From the NCBI RefSeq assembly GCF_009834535.1, contig NC_045696.1, forward strand, positions 94,738,001-94,802,000: a DNA stretch of 64,000 nt, read 5' to 3'. Origin of the DNA: Camelus ferus (lineage: Eukaryota). The position numbers and the translations under genes were made by a program. Under the pieces are notes generated by a model that was not told the origin of the DNA, made no database searches, and worked only from the letters and a program-made list of their open reading frames with translations. This document shows, piece after piece, positions 23,713 through 38,405 of this stretch (its first letter is position 1; each line of letters opens with the position of its first letter).

Positions 23713-25564
23713 TCACCTGTAATTGGATGTGGTTTTTAAAATACTGGTTTTACAATCTAGAATAAAGAAAAATGTTTTACAGCTGAAAAGTCGTCCAGTT
23801 TCTTTCAGAATGCTAACCTTTCAAACACAGACAATGTAGTCATGTGGCAGAAGTGACAGGCAAAAATGTATTTGTAATGGACTGGCAATAATGATAACCA
23901 CAGTGACAATCATTTACAGGGTTTCCTATGTGCATGTGTTCACTGGACAGCGGAGGCTGTGAGGGAGACTGAGGCTGACAAAATCAGCTTCATGCCCAAG
24001 GCCACACAGGTTTAGTTTAGGGGTGGAGCTGGGATTTGAAAGTCAGATCCTTACTACCTTTTAAAAAAAGCCTACTATATGGCATCATGTTAAATACTTT
24101 GTTTGTCACCTAGTTGCGATAACATTCTTAGGAGGTAAATATGACTACAACCATTATATAAATGAAGATATTCAGAAAGATTATATAGCCTTCCTAAGTC
24201 AGTTAGCTGAAACTGACAAAGCTGGAATTTCAAAGTGGGATTGTTAAAGGTCATACCCTTACGAATACTACGCTATGTCCTACTATTCAACTGTATCATG
24301 ATGCTTAATTAATTACGTGTGTATGGATTTATTCATCTATTCATTCCCTCATGATTCCCTCCCCACACACACACACGCCCCCTGCCTTGGGGTGCTTTCC
24401 CTTCAGGCCACACACTCTCTCCTCCTTTTCTTGGGCAGCTCAGTTCCCTTCACCAGCAGCAGCTCAGACATCAGCTCCCTGAGAAGCTCCCCTGGCCTGC
24501 TTCACTGGTCTAAGTGCCCCTGCAGCTTGCACACACCCTGCCTTCTGCCTTTCAGAGCACCGGGCACACTTCCCTGTGAGTGTACTTTCTTGTGCCCCAT
24601 CCAGTCTCCAGGCTGCTCCTTCTGTCAGTGGACCTCCAGAGGCCAATATAAACTTGTTCGCAAATGATTTAAGATCCCTAAAGAAATCGCAGTATAGACC
24701 ACAAAAATAAAAAATAGGTACCAGAGGTGCCGGGTAGAGGTACTGAAAATGGCTGTACAGAAGGGCGTGAGGGGCCAGTTTTATTTAGGAAAGGAGGTTA
24801 AAAAGATTTTTCTTAAGGAGATGATATTTGAAATGTGGAGGGACAGATGGGAAGAGGGATCGCCATTAGCAATGAGATGTGGCCCTCAAACATTAATGTA
24901 CATGAAAAATAAATTGCGTGGTTTGTTAAAATACAAATCCCTTGGCCAAATGCATTCAGTTTCAGTAAAACCCTGGAGACATCGCTTCTATAAAGGTCCT
25001 CAACTGATTCTAGGGCTGATGGCCTTCAGACCTTGTTTTGGGAAAGCTGAAAGGCATGAAAAAGAATGGTGTGTTTGAGGCCAGGCCAGAAGTTCACAGT
25101 GGCCGGAGCTCTGTGATGCAGAGGAACAGTGCTGAAGGTATGGCCTGGAAGTTCATCGAGGCCAGACTTAAATTTCATTCTGTAGTAGGTAATACAGATT
25201 CACCGATAATTTATGAGGAAGAAAGTGGTATGATCAAATTTGATTTGACTTTACTGAAGGGCACAGAATTCAGAAGACAGAGAGAGAGAGACAGAAAGTG
25301 GGGTGTCTACAAATCCCTCCTCCACGCATTGCCTCATAGAACTTGAGCAGTGTTTTTCAAAGCTTTCCAAGTTCCCAGACGTGTTCTTGGGTCCTGTAAT
25401 TTTTTTTTTTATCATGATCTTTTTAGTTTGTGTTTTTCTAGCAATGACAATGTTATGCTGATGTAATCTTTCCCCAAGTCACTTCACTGGTTGTTTTATA
25501 AGCAGTACTACTGCACACATCTAGTGCCTGTTTGCATTTGTGCTTTTGTCAGCATCACGCCTGG

Positions 25565-25815
25565 TACAGTAGCAAGGCAGTTTACTGTAGTTCCAGGCTG
25601 TGTGGGTTTAAATCCTGACTTTGTCACTAATTAGCTGTCTGTCCTTGGGCAAGTCCTAAACTTCCTGCGCCTCAGTTTCCTCATCTACGAAACAGGGGTA
25701 ATAGAAATGCCTACCACATAGGGGCATTGTGAGGAATTAATGTATTAACACTACTGCAAATGGAAAGTGTCAGAACGGTGCCTGGCACAACGCAAGGACT
25801 ATATGAGCTTTAACT
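25565..25815 (+). mobile_element. MIR SINE
   Basis: GGGTTTAAATCCTGACTTTGTCACTAATTAGCTG...CCTTGGGCAAG...CCTCAGTTTCCTCATCT...GTGCCTGGCACA. Confidence 0.85.
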
Positions 25816-28800
25816 GTTTTTTAAAATTATTGCTTTGTGTTAGGTTTCTAATAGACGTTAGGTTTATGTTAGCTTCTCCTAAGGTTATGGGGTTTGTTTT
25901 ACTGCTATAGTTGCAACTGTAGTTTCTGAGCTGCTCGACACAGCCACTCACCACATCGGGAGCGAGAGAAATACGCTGCCATGGCCTTCTGCCTTGGGCC
26001 TTGGGCTTACTTGAGTCGACTTTGTTACTACGTTGCTGTTAGAGAAAGAGGCTCTCGAAGCCACACCAGATCTTGTAGCTTAGATTTCCATGCAGAGAGC
26101 ATACATGTCTGTCTAGGCCTCACTTGTATGATTAATTTCCCAGGGTCACTGTGCCAGCTGGAGATAGCAGGGAGCATGCTTGGACATCAAATTTTATTGT
26201 CCTCATTCCTGTATCTGAAGACACCAAATGATTACTGTTAGTGTCCTTTATTGCCTCTCCTCTTGTTATCTGGGATGCTGGAAGTTTATAGGAATCAGAG
26301 ATTTGGAAATCTGGGATTTTGTGGATTAGTGTGTCAGCGTTTAACTATTACAGACTTGAGAATCTCCTCCTAAAATCGTCCTTACCCCTTGTGCTCACTC
26401 TGTCTAGCACCCAAATAGTCGTGGACTAATAAGAAAGGAGCAATACCAGATGTGTTATGCGTAACTTCCACTAAAACGGGATGACAACAAATGGCTCTTA
26501 TCATTAGCAAGTCACGCCAACACATGTAAAACCCTAGAGAATGTTCTGCTAGTGTGTTACTTCAGGATCGAGCGATATAATAACTCAGGCAGAGCTCTGG
26601 TAGCAGAGAATTTGGACTGGCTTCTTTGTTCTATCCTGCTTGCCTGGGCACAGGGCGGGAGCCCCAGATTCTCTGTGCACCTCCTATAGCATACTCCCCA
26701 CCTTCAGTTCAGCAGGGAACACCCTCCTGGACTCTCTCCCTCAAGATTTCTTTTTCTCCCCTTCACCCTGCCCCACCTCCTCCCCTTAGTTTTGTTAACA
26801 CCATTCCTGTGTACCCAGAGCTGCATCTCCTAATTCTGCCTGGGTTGGGCAGGACTCACGGGGGCCCTCCTTGAAGCTTTTTGCTGTTCTTGTCTCTGTG
26901 TGTCGGTGTCACTGTCCCGGGATGGAGTACACTGTCTTCGCATGAACAATGCTCACCTCCAGTCACACTTCAGAAACTGGCTGTAATCTTCCCCAATCTG
27001 CCACCAAACACTGGGTCCTCTACACAGTTCTCTTGTGACTTTCTGTAACACCCACGTTCTCTAGCAAGGCCTGATGGCTGGCCTACAGCTCCTGATCCTA
27101 CATGCACAGTCATGGTTTTTCTATCTCAAGGTATTATGCCAAAGGCATACAGAAAACCCCTCCGAGTTCTCTTTTTTTTCCCCCCACTTAGTTTTACACG
27201 AAGGGACGTGGCTATTTTTGCCCCCTTGTAACCAGAACAGAGAAGAGCAGCAGTGGCTCCTATCCAAATGCCAAAAACTGGGAGTGAAGAGGTTATTATT
27301 GTAACGTCTGGGAAGTGTATCTGTTATCTTAGCTCCATTGTCTTTCAGCTCTGGGTGTAAAGTCCCTAGAAAGTTCTACTAAACCTCTTGAGCAGGGAGT
27401 TCCCTGGGGGAATAACAGGATATTTTGAACACACCTAATTGAAACACACCTCAGAGAAGCCAGGTCCCAAGATTCCTCCCTTGATGGGAATGGGTTCAAG
27501 CTAGAAGCCTTGGGATTTCTGGGCCATGTGGAGCAGCCTTGGAAGTAGCACCCGAAGGAAGCCATCACCATAGACAAGTTGTTTAGATGGAGGCTTCTTG
27601 TTCTGTTCTGCTTCCATTGGAATCAAATTAGAATACAGGTTTGCTGGCCTCTATCAACTTCTACTAGGCCACCACTGCAGGTCAGATTTGCCCCTCGTCA
27701 CGGGTGGGTGATGCACAAGGGGCGAGGGTAGGGAGTTCTTACTCCTTAAATATGATCCCAAACCTGCTGGCTTCTCCTCAGCAGCCTATAGGAGGGGTCC
27801 TGACTGCCCACTCAGTGTGTAGTAATGTGCACACTTCTTGTTTTTCTAGCTTTCTACCCTATGAGAAGTTGTCTGGAATGCAAATATGTTGCCAATGCCA
27901 AAAACAAATGCCGTATTATGGCCACTTGCATCATAAAGTTCCCTGAGAGAGCCATCCTTCTGGAATGCTTCTGCAAAGGTCACCGTTCTTTAACACCCCC
28001 GCCCCACCACCATCGTTCAGTCTCATTCTGTGCAGCTTTGTTGTGTCCAACCCATCTCCTAGCTTGCAGCATTAGGTTTTCTCTTTCTTTCCACCCTCTG
28101 CACGATTTGGCCAAGGTGAATCAACCACCACCCTCTGACTCCTCCAGGTTCTTTCTGAGGGAGACCGCTCACCATGGGAGCTGTTGCGGGAGTCGGCAGT
28201 GGACAGGAGAGGTTTAGTGCTTAGAAGGGACTGAGGTAATACTGCATATGGTATGGCTACTCCAGTGGACATTTGGGGTCTGAGCTGATTCCACACACAG
28301 TGCCTATGACCTCTCTACCCCACAGCCTCCTCCAGAAATCCCAGACTTGACACAGTGCATTGCACCTGCAGGGTGCTCCCAGCCCTCAAGACCAAGAGGC
28401 CTAAGCTCTCCATCCTTGCAAAGGCATATGGACAATGTCTTTCATGGATTTGAAAGGAGCTGACCTTGTGCTGCTTCCTGACAAGGCTCTCCATCTATCT
28501 GTACTCACATTTTTGCCTGTGGACTAGTGGCTTCAGAGGAGATGGCTTGGTGCTAATGAGTGGCCATTCTCAAAGGAGGAATCTGGAGAGATTATCTAGG
28601 CTTGAGCCTAATGACAGGCCCAGGACTATGGCCCAGAGGACTTCCTTCCTCTGGCATCCAGCATGTTCTATCTTACAATAAGAATATTAGCAGCTAATGC
28701 TTAAGAGTGCTTACCCTGTACTGGCTTTGTCCTAAATTCTCCACGTACATGAGCTCAGTCCTCTTCACCCCAACACTAAAGAGAGATGCATGAAGGTGAA

Positions 28801-30394
28801 AAACCTCAATTCCATAAACTTACCCATGTCACTTGAAAAGCAATTCAACTTTTTAAAATCCTGCATCAAAGTATGTAGGCTAACATACCACTCTCCATTG
28901 GTTGTTTTCCTTGGCATTTCTATAGGACAATTCAGGTCCAAACTGGTCCCACAATTAGCCTGGTCCTGACTGTTGAATGTTGACCGAGCTGCAACTCTTG
29001 ATGTCTCCACCTCGTCCCCGTATCTTGAACGGTGCCTGGTGCACCTCTCCAGTTCACCCCCTGCCACACATTCAGCTACTTTTGGTCATCAAAGAAGAAC
29101 ATTCCTTACCTTTGAGCTGTGTGATGATGTAATTCAGATAAAGCAGAATGCAATCAAAACAGTAACTTTTCAATATGTAACTTCAACATATTGCTCCCGT
29201 ACTTTATTGCTTAAAAAAAATCGGTCTCCTCTCCTCTCCTCGATTGGTATTACAAAAGCCCTTTTCTATTCCTTTAGAACTCCTCCTTAAAGCCCTTCTT
29301 TATTCAATTCAAATAGAGCCATGACAATATGCTCCAGGAAATCATCTGTTTCATATAGTCAGCAGTCTGGATATCATTCTAAGCTCAGCTGGGATTCTCA
29401 TCTACAGAAATACTCAGTTGTTGGCTGAATGAAAATAGTGATGTGTTTCAGAAACAAAGCATCATTTTCTTTCTCTAACTGGGCAGTCTATAGCTTACTT
29501 ACAAAACAGCACTTCTGTTCTGCCCAACTTTGTCTTTATCAAATTGAGCTACTTCTCTGTGTGCTTCTGCATGCATACAATTTCAGATTTGTGGCTTTCT
29601 GCACACACTGATACATTTCCTTTTGGTAAACAATACCTGTTTGCCTCTGTTTCTTTTGAAGAGGCAATACTATTGCATCATTTTATTAGTTAGGATGTTT
29701 TTGGTATCAACTAACTGAAAACCTAACTCCAAATTGGTCAAGCAATAAAAATGATTTACTGATTCATATAAAATAAAATCAAGAATTAGTGTAAGCCCCA
29801 GGTAAGGCTTGATCCAGTGACTTAACAAGGTAACTTTCAATTTGACTGCTTTGTGACCCTAAAGCATTACAAAAGGCTTTCAACTGCTTCTAGTGACCAT
29901 ATTCATACCTAGCAGTAAAGAAAAATCCCTCTGTGGATTTCAGGCAAAAGCAAAGATGTTCCCTTCTTAAAGGCCACAGTACATATTTTCTTGTGTTTCA
30001 GTGTCCAGCTAGGTCAGCTGCCCATCTGTAGGCAATCAATTTTGGCTATCAGACGGTACATGCTGACTGAATTAAATTAATCAGGGCTCACCCCCGGAGA
30101 TAGGGGTGGGATTAGCTTTTGCCAGGTACTGTTTTGAGGAAGGTCCTTTCACCAGGAGGAAGTGAGGCTCAGATTCAGCAAACAACCCTATAATTACCAC
30201 ACTTCCACCAGAAATCTAATCCCACTAATATTCAAGAAAACCTGTGAAGTGTAATTTATCAATTTTTGATAGCTTGTTTCAAATGCACTTTGTGTATTTC
30301 CCATGCTCTGTGCTTTGGCGTGCACAGATATCTAAGGCTTTAAGCACTCTTACTGGATCGCTTATCAACTATTTTCTTGTGTGAATGACTAGAT

Positions 30395-30595
30395 CCTGAG
30401 CCAAGTGCTTTACATGTTTACATATTAGAATTTCACAAAAGCCCTGTGCAGCAGACACCATCAACTTCTTTTTGCAGATGAGGGAACAAAGATAACTAGT
30501 TTACTCAGTGTTGCACAATGAGTAAGTGATGGACTCAGGATTTAGATGGAGGTAACCTGTCTCTAAAACCTGGAGCCTTAAGTACTATGCCATGC
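30395..30595 (-). mobile_element. MIR SINE
   Basis: TTTTGCAGATGAGGGAAC...GTAAGTGATGGACTCAGGATTT...CTCTAAAACC. Confidence 0.65.
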
Positions 30596-30908
30596 CAACT
30601 ACCATCTCCCTAAGGAGCTGAGGCCTTCCAAATGTCTAGGACAGCAGCCTGCACTATTTTAGGTATAGTTAGAAAAATCAGGAGAATAAGGAAGTTATCA
30701 TCTGTTTCTTGGGGGTGATAATTCAGTGTGAGAAAATGACAAAGAGAAAGTAGAGCTCTTTTATTCTTATATTGCTTTTCTTCTTTTCTGTCAAGGAGAG
30801 TGATCTTTGGACTGAAAGAGTAGCTCAAATGCTGGCAATAAGGAGATTTCAAAGACAGGTGAAGATATTATAGGAGAATACCCAGTCACTTCCATAAGTT
30901 CATGTCCT

Positions 30909-33900
30909 CTTTTTTTTTTTTTGTACCTCACCCCTTTATTGAGGTAACATTGGTTCAGACATTATGTAAGTTTCCTGTGTACATTGTATGTCAACTTCTG
31001 TATTCACTACAATGTTCTCACAATGCAAAGTTTTGTTTCCATTTGTCACTGTACTATTGACCCCTTTTACGTATTTCACCTTTCCCCGTGCCCCTTGCTC
31101 TCTAGTAACCACTAATCTATTCTCTGTATCCATCTATTTGTTTTATTTTGTTTTGTTCATTTTTTTTATATTCCACATATGAGTGAAATATTACAGTATT
31201 TGTCTTCCTCTGTCTGATTTATTTCACTTAGCATAATAACCTCAAGATCCATCCACGATGTTGCAGATGGCAAGATTTCATCTTTTTATGGTTGAATAGT
31301 ATTCCATTGCATGTATGTACCACATCATCTTCATCCATTCATCCTTTGATGGACACTTAGATTGTTTCCATATCTTGGCTACTGTAAACAATGCTGTGAT
31401 GAACATAGGGGCACATGTAACTTTTTGAATTAGTGTTTTCATATTATTTGGATAAATATCCAGAAGTAGAATAGCTGGATCATGTGGTAGTTCTAGTCTT
31501 AATTTTTTGAGAAATCTCCATATTAGTTTCCATAGTGGCTTTCCTATCAACAGTGTATGAAGGTTCCCTTTTCTCCACATCCTTGCCAACCCTTGTTATT
31601 TCTTGCCTCTTTGATGAAAGCCATCCTAATAGGCATGAGGTGCTATCTCATTGTGGTTTTGATTTGCATTTCCCTAAAAATTAGTGATGCTGAACATCTT
31701 TTCATGTGCCTGTTGGCCACCTGTATGAATTCTTGTTCAAAAATAAATTCATATGTTCTGCCCATTTTTAACTCAGTTTGTTGTTTGTTGTAGAATTGTA
31801 TGAGTTTTTTGGATATTAACTCCTCATTGGACATACGATTTGCAAATATCTTCCTCATTTGGTAGGTTGCCTTTTTGTTTTGTTCATGGTTTTCTTTGCT
31901 AGGCAGAACATTTTAGTTTGCTGTAGTCCCATTTATTTATTTTTGCTTTTATTTCCATTGCCTGAGAAGGCGTATCTAGAAAGATATAGTTAAGACCAAC
32001 GTTAAAGAGCATATTGCCTATGTTTTCTTCTAGAAGTTCTATGATTTCAGGTCTTACATTCAAGACTTTAATCCAGTTTGAGATAACTTTTCTGAGGTGT
32101 AAGATAGTGTTCTAGATTAATTCTTTTTGCAATTGGCTGTCCAGTTTTCCCAACACCATTTACTGAAGAAACTGTCATCTCTCCATTGTATACTCTTTGT
32201 TCCTTTGTTATAAATTAATTGTCCACATATGTGTTGGTTTATTTCTAGGTTCTTAATTCTGTCCAATGATCTGTGTGCCTGTTTTTCTGCCAATACAATG
32301 CTGTTTTGATTACTATAGCTTTGTAGTATAATTTGAAATCAGGGTGTGTGATACCTACAGCTTTGTTCTATTTTTCTCAGGATTGCTTTGGCTATTCATG
32401 GTTTATTGTTGTTGTTGTTTTGGTTACATACAAATTTTAAGATTTCTTTGGGTTTTATTTCTGTGAAGAATGTCATTGGGGTATTAATCAGGATTGCACT
32501 GACTCTGTAGATTGCCTTGGGGAGTACAGTCAACAGTATTAATCCTTCCAATCCATAAGCTTTATTCCTAGGTATTTTATTCTTTTTGTTTCAACGATAC
32601 ATGAGATTGTTTTCTTAATTTCTCTTTCTGCTAGTTTGTTGTTAGTGAATAGGAATGCAATAGGTTTTAAAAAATATTTTTTTGTGGGAGAGGTAACTAG
32701 GTCTTTAAAAATTTATTTATCTTTAATGGAGGTACTGGGGATTAAACCCAGGATCTTGTGCAGGCTAGGCACTCACTCTACCACTGAGCTATACCCTCCT
32801 CCCTTGCAACAAATTTTTGTACATTGATTTTTTGTATATTGATTTTATACTCTGTAATTTTACTATATTTGTTTATTATTTCTAACAGTTTTTTTTTGTT
32901 TGTTTGTTAAGTCTTCAGGGTTTTCTATATCTTAAATCATGTCACCTGTAAATCATTGTAGTTTTGCTTCTTCCTTTCCAATCTGAATGTCTTTTATTTC
33001 TTTTTCTTGCCTAATTGCTCTTTCTAGGACTTCCAATACTATGTTGAGTGAGAATTGGCAAGAGTGGGCATTGTTGTCTTATTCTTGATATTAGAGGGAT
33101 AGCTTTCAGGTTTCCACCATTGAGTGTGATGTTAGCTGTGGGTTTGTCACATATGGCCTTATCATGTTGAGGAACATTCCTTCCATACACATTTTATTAG
33201 CAGTTTTTATCATAAATGGGTGTTGAACTTTGTCAAATGCTTTTTCTATATCTACCAAGATGATAATGTGATGTTGATCCTTTACTTTGTTAATGTGTTT
33301 ATCATGTTGATTGATTTATGGATATTGGACCATTCTTGCATCCCTGGGATAAGTTCCTTTTGATCATTGTGTATGATCCTTTTAATGTATTGTTGAATTT
33401 GGTTTGCTAGTCTTTTGTTGAAGATTTTTGCATCTATGTTCATCAGTGATATTGGCCTGTAATTTTTTTGTGTGTGCTGTCCTTGTCTGATTTTGGTATC
33501 TTGCTCAGGTTGGCCTTGTAAAATGAGTTAGGAGGTGGTCCCTCCTCATCAATTTCTTGGAAGAGTTTGAGAAGAATAGGTATTGAATCAATCTTCTTTA
33601 AATGTCTGGTAGAATTCACCTGTGGAGGCATCTGGGTCTGGACTTTTGTGTTTTGGAAGATTTTTGATTACTATTTCAATGTCCTTACTAGTCATCAATT
33701 TACTCAGATTATCCATATCTTTACAGTTCAGTCTGGGAAGGTTGTATGATTCTAGGAATTTAATCATTTCTTTTGGGATGTTCAATTTTTGGCATATAGC
33801 TGTTCATAGCATTCTCTTACAATCCTTTGCATTTTGGTGGTATCCATTATGATTTCTCTTTTTTCATTTCTTACTTTATTTATCTGAACCTTCTCTCTTT

Positions 33901-36723
33901 TTTTTCCACAGTGAATCTAGCTAAAGGTTTGTCAATTTTATCATTTGAAAGAATCACATCTTAGTTTCACTGATCTTTTCCATTGTCTTTTTAGTCTCTA
34001 TTTCATTTATTTCTGCTCTGATCTTTATTATTTCCTTTCTTCCCCATGACTTTGGGCTTTGTTTATTTTTCTTTTTCTAATTCTTTTATGTGTAAGGTCA
34101 GATTGTTTATTTGAGATTTTTCTTTTTTCTTGAAATAGGCCTGTATTACTATAAAGTTCCTTCTTAGTAATGCTTTTGCTGCATTCCATAGATTTTGGTA
34201 TGTTGTGTCTTCATTTTCATTTGTCTTCAGGTATTTTAAAATTTCTTCTTTGACTTCTACATTGATACCACAGTTACTCGGTAGCATGTTGTTTAGTCTC
34301 CACATACTTGTGATTTTTTCAGCTTTCTTCTTGTAGTTCATTTCGAGTTTCATGCCACTGTGATGAGAAAAATGCTTGATATGATTTAAGTCTTCCTAAA
34401 TTTATTGAGGCTTGTTTAATGTCCCAACATATGAGAGAATGCTCCATATGCACTTGGTAAGATTGTATATTCTGATGCATTTGGATGGACTGTTCTGTAT
34501 AAATTTAAGTCCATCTGGTATAATCTTTCATTTAAGGCTGCAGTTTTCTTGTTGACTTTCTGTCTGTATATTCTATCCATTGATGTAACTGGGGTATTAA
34601 GAGTGCCCTAGTATTACTGTGTTGCTGTCAGTTTCTCCTTTTAGGTCTGTTAATAATTGCTTTATATACTTTGGTGCTCCTATGTAAATAATTGTGTGTT
34701 TTTGACAGATTGTCTCTTTTATTATGATATAATAATATCATCTTTGTCTCTTGTTAACTTTCTTGGCTTGAAGTCTATTTTGTCTTATATGGGTGATATG
34801 CTTTCTTTAGGCTGCTGTTTGCTTAGAGTGTCATCTTCTATCCCTTTTTCTTTGTCTTTAGGGCTAAGATGAGTCTCTTGGAGGCAGCATATAGTTGGGT
34901 CTTGTTTTTTAATCCATCCAGCCACTCCGTGTCTTTTAATTGATGAATTCAATCGATTTACATTAAGGGTAACTGTATAAATGAGGACTTAGTACTGCTA
35001 CTTTATCTTTTGTTTCTGGTTGCTCCATGGTTTCCTTTTCCTTGTGTTTCTGTCTGCTGTTTTCATTGGACAGTTTCTCGGTTTCTTCTTTTTTATGTTT
35101 TGTATTTCCGCTCTAGATTTGTTTTATGGTTACCATGAGGTTTATACAAAATGTCTCATAGATAAAATAGTCCTTTTCCTGATGAAAGGACCTTATCTTC
35201 AGTTGCCTACATAGGTTCCATCCTTTTCCTCTTCACTTTTAATGTTTTTATTGTCTTTAATTCTCTCTTTTCATATTGTAAGTCTGTTACCACACTGAAG
35301 TAGCTATAGTTATTTTTACTGGTTTTCCTATTAACCTTCATGCTATAATGAAGTGTTTAACATCCTATACTGATAGAGTTGCAATTTTCTGATTCTTTCC
35401 TTCTATTTATCACCTATAAGTTTTTTGTACTTTTGTCTGTTTGTGTTAGGTAGAAGAGCTCCTTTCAACATTTCTTATAAGATAGGTCTAGTGGTGATGC
35501 ACTCCCTCAGCTTTTGTTTGTCTGGGAAAACCTTAATTTCACTCTCACAGCTAAAGATTAACTTTGCTGGATAGAGTATTCTTGGCTGGCAGTTTTTATC
35601 TTTCAATGTTTTGTTATGTCATTCCACTTTCTCCTGGCCTGTACATTTTCTGCTTAGAAGTCTGCTAATAACCAAATAGGAGTTCCTTTACAGGTTATTG
35701 TATTTTATCTCCCCTGGTTGCCTTTAAAATTCTTTTGTTATCATTGACTTTTGACAGTTTTAATAAATGCGTTTTGGAGAAGGTCTTTTTGTATTGAGAT
35801 AGTTAGGTGTTCTCTTAGCTTCATGAACTTGTATATCTAGTTCCTTCCCCAGGTTTGGGAAGTTCTCAGCTATTATTTCTTTAAATAAACTCTCTGCTCA
35901 TTTCTTCCTATATTCTCCTTCTGGAACACTTATTATCCCTATGTTACCTTTCCTAATGAAGTTCTGATAGAATTTCTTTGTTTTTTTTTTTTAAACACCT
36001 TTCTTATTTAGGTAAAGATTTCTTTAACTTGGATTCTAACAATTCAGCTTGTTGGTAATTAGAGGTCTTTCTTTTCTTTTTCAGTAGGTGGTGCTACAGC
36101 ACACGTTTTTGGTTTCTGCCTCTGACTATATTCAAGAATTGGCACTTTGCTCCCACCACTGCCTCTGCCATGGCTGTTGCTGGTGCCCTCATTGTTGCTG
36201 CTTGTGCCTCTGGGGTTGCTGGTGTCTTGCTGCTGCTGGTGTCCCTGCTCTTGCTGGCATTGCCACCAGAGGTACCAGGATGGCAGGTGCCTCTGCTGCA
36301 TCTCGGATTGTTGGGTTTGTGGGTGCTGCTGCCATAGGTGGGGGGGCCAGAGTCATGGGTACCACTGTGGCTAGAGGGACTGGAGTCACAGACTCTGTCG
36401 CTGCTGCTTCCAGGTTCCCTGTGGGCACTGGAGCCACTATAACTGGGAGGCCAGAATCATGTGCACCACCTTTTCTGCTGCTACAGGTTTCCTGCAGCTG
36501 CAGGCCCAGCTACCACACCGGGACCTGGGTCACGGGCAGTCCCCTACCTCCTCTTTTGTGCTCCAGTCCACCCACCTTCATCTGTACAGATGTGTGTCTC
36601 TCTTGGTATCCAGGTGTGTGGGGCAGAGAAACCTTTGCTGAATTATGAATATTTTACTAGGCGTAGATTAAAAGAGAGAGACAAAGGGAGCATCTCACAT
36701 GGCCATGATGCAGATGTCACTCC
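30909..36723 (-). mobile_element. LINE-1 retaining both ends (L1MA9/L1M-age), internally deleted and inactive
   Basis: 5' end GGAGTGACATCTGCATCATGGC, GC-rich 5' UTR 36060-36720, ORF2 remnants (SPDPDASTGEFYQTFKE; TTYQNLWNAAKALLR), AATAAA plus poly(A); TSD AGTTCATGTCCT at 30897 and 36727. Confidence 0.92.
32669..32804 (-). mobile_element. vic-1-type SINE inserted in L1 ORF2
   Basis: tRNA-like head; degenerate TSD TGCAATAGGTTTT / TGCAACAAATTTT. Confidence 0.88.
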
Positions 36724-37914
36724 ACGAGTTCATGTCCTTTTGACTAGACAAATTAAATGCTGGGAACTGAGAGAAACTGTGACTGATTCAGACTGCTGGA
36801 GCAATGACAGTGATTCATGGCAATGGGAACTACTCCTGAAGCCTAGGGATGGACCAGTGTAGTTGGAAAAAAAAAATGCAGTTAATAAATAAATATTTAC
36901 ACCAAAGTCCAAAAAAGCACCTTCTCATTGTGAGCAAGATCAAAAGTAGCTACCAAAAAGCACAGTTTATTAGCACTTAGAAATGAAACCGGGCCTTCCA
37001 AATATAAGCAGGCTGAAGGTAGATGTTTCCTTCCATTTCTTTCTTAAAACTCAAAAATCACAATAAGGGATTTAAAAATGTATCAGAGTGTACATGACAG
37101 TAGATGAGAGAGACCCATATTTTTGAAGCTAAAAATGCAATACATGCATAGTACTGATCTAGAAGTCCATAGAAATGAAACCTAAGTTTGTGATAGAGTA
37201 AAGCAGAAAAGTCAGGGAGAAGTAAGCCTACCCACTACAGACCTGAAAAGACCTGGGCAAAGGGGGCAGGGGTGGGGTAGCTACCGTGCAAAAAAGGGGG
37301 AAAAAGTACAATTAATGAGGACTCCTTTCTCCTGCTTGGATCATATAATTTGACATCCAACCATATACCAGCCTAACCTCTACCATGTGTGAGGTTGGAG
37401 CATTCCTCCCTGGGAAAAATCATGTATACTCAAGAGAACTACCTACTGGCAATGACAATTGGAGGTCTCAAATTAAAACAGCCAGGCTGCTGGCCAATCT
37501 TCCTATGGAAAAGCCTGCCTGTTGACAGGGAACTTCATCTCCAACTCAAATACAGATTTTCTAAACAAATTTTCAGTGTCTGTCTATTTTGCCAAACCAA
37601 GATATCTTGTGATGTCCTTTCTACAGTCATTCCCCTGACCTCTGTTAGTCTGATGGACTCCTCTTCTTTTTCAGGACTCAGCTCCAATGCCAACCCTTTC
37701 CTGGTTTCTCAGAGAATAAGCACAGCATCCCCTGTCCCTCATGCTGCATTATGCCTTATGACACCTTACCGCTTTCACTACTGGGATCCAGGTCTGTCTC
37801 TTTCCTCATGTGGCCAAGGATCTGTCAAAGGCAGGGACCATATTCTCTTCAGGTCTGTATTCCCAGCCTCTATCCCAGTGCCTGGAGCAAACAAGGAGTG
37901 TTTCTTTCTTTTCT

Positions 37915-38405
37915 TTTTTTTTAAATTGAAGTATAGTCAGTTTACAATGTTGTGTCAATTTCTTGTGTACAGTATAATGTTTCAGTCATACATATACATA
38001 CAGATATTCATTTTCATGTTATTTTTCATTATAGGTTACTACAAGATATTGAATATAGTTCCCTGTGCTATACAGAAGAAACTTGTTGTTTATCTATTCT
38101 AAAAAATTATTTTATTTTTCTTGTGGGGAGGTAATTAGATTTATTTATTTTTAGAAGAGGTACTGGGGATTGAACCCAGGACCTTGTGCAGGCTAGGCAT
38201 GTGCCCTACTGCCTGAGCTATACCCTTCCCACTTTATATATAATAGTTAGTATCTGCAAATCTCAAACTCTCAGTTTATCCCTTCCCACTCCTCTACCCC
38301 CAACCCCGCCCTGGTAACTATAAGTTTGTTTTCTATCTCTGTTAGTCTGTTTCTGTTTTGTAAATATGTTCATTTGTGTCTTTTTTTTTTTTTTTTTTAG
38401 ATTCC
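37915..38405 (-). mobile_element. Truncated L1 3' UTR with an inserted vic-1 SINE (about 38100-38230)
   Basis: AAATTGAAGTATAGTCAGTTTACAATG 3' end; SINE GAGGTACTGGGGATTGAACCCAGG...GAGCTATACCC splits it. Confidence 0.88.

Noticed and set aside
36059..36862. Cys-, Ala- and Gln-rich ORFs
   Set aside because: Low-complexity repeats of the L1 5' UTR.
37389..38102. 237-aa plus-strand ORF
   Set aside because: Runs across old repeat fragments into an antisense L1 tail; no protein-like signal.
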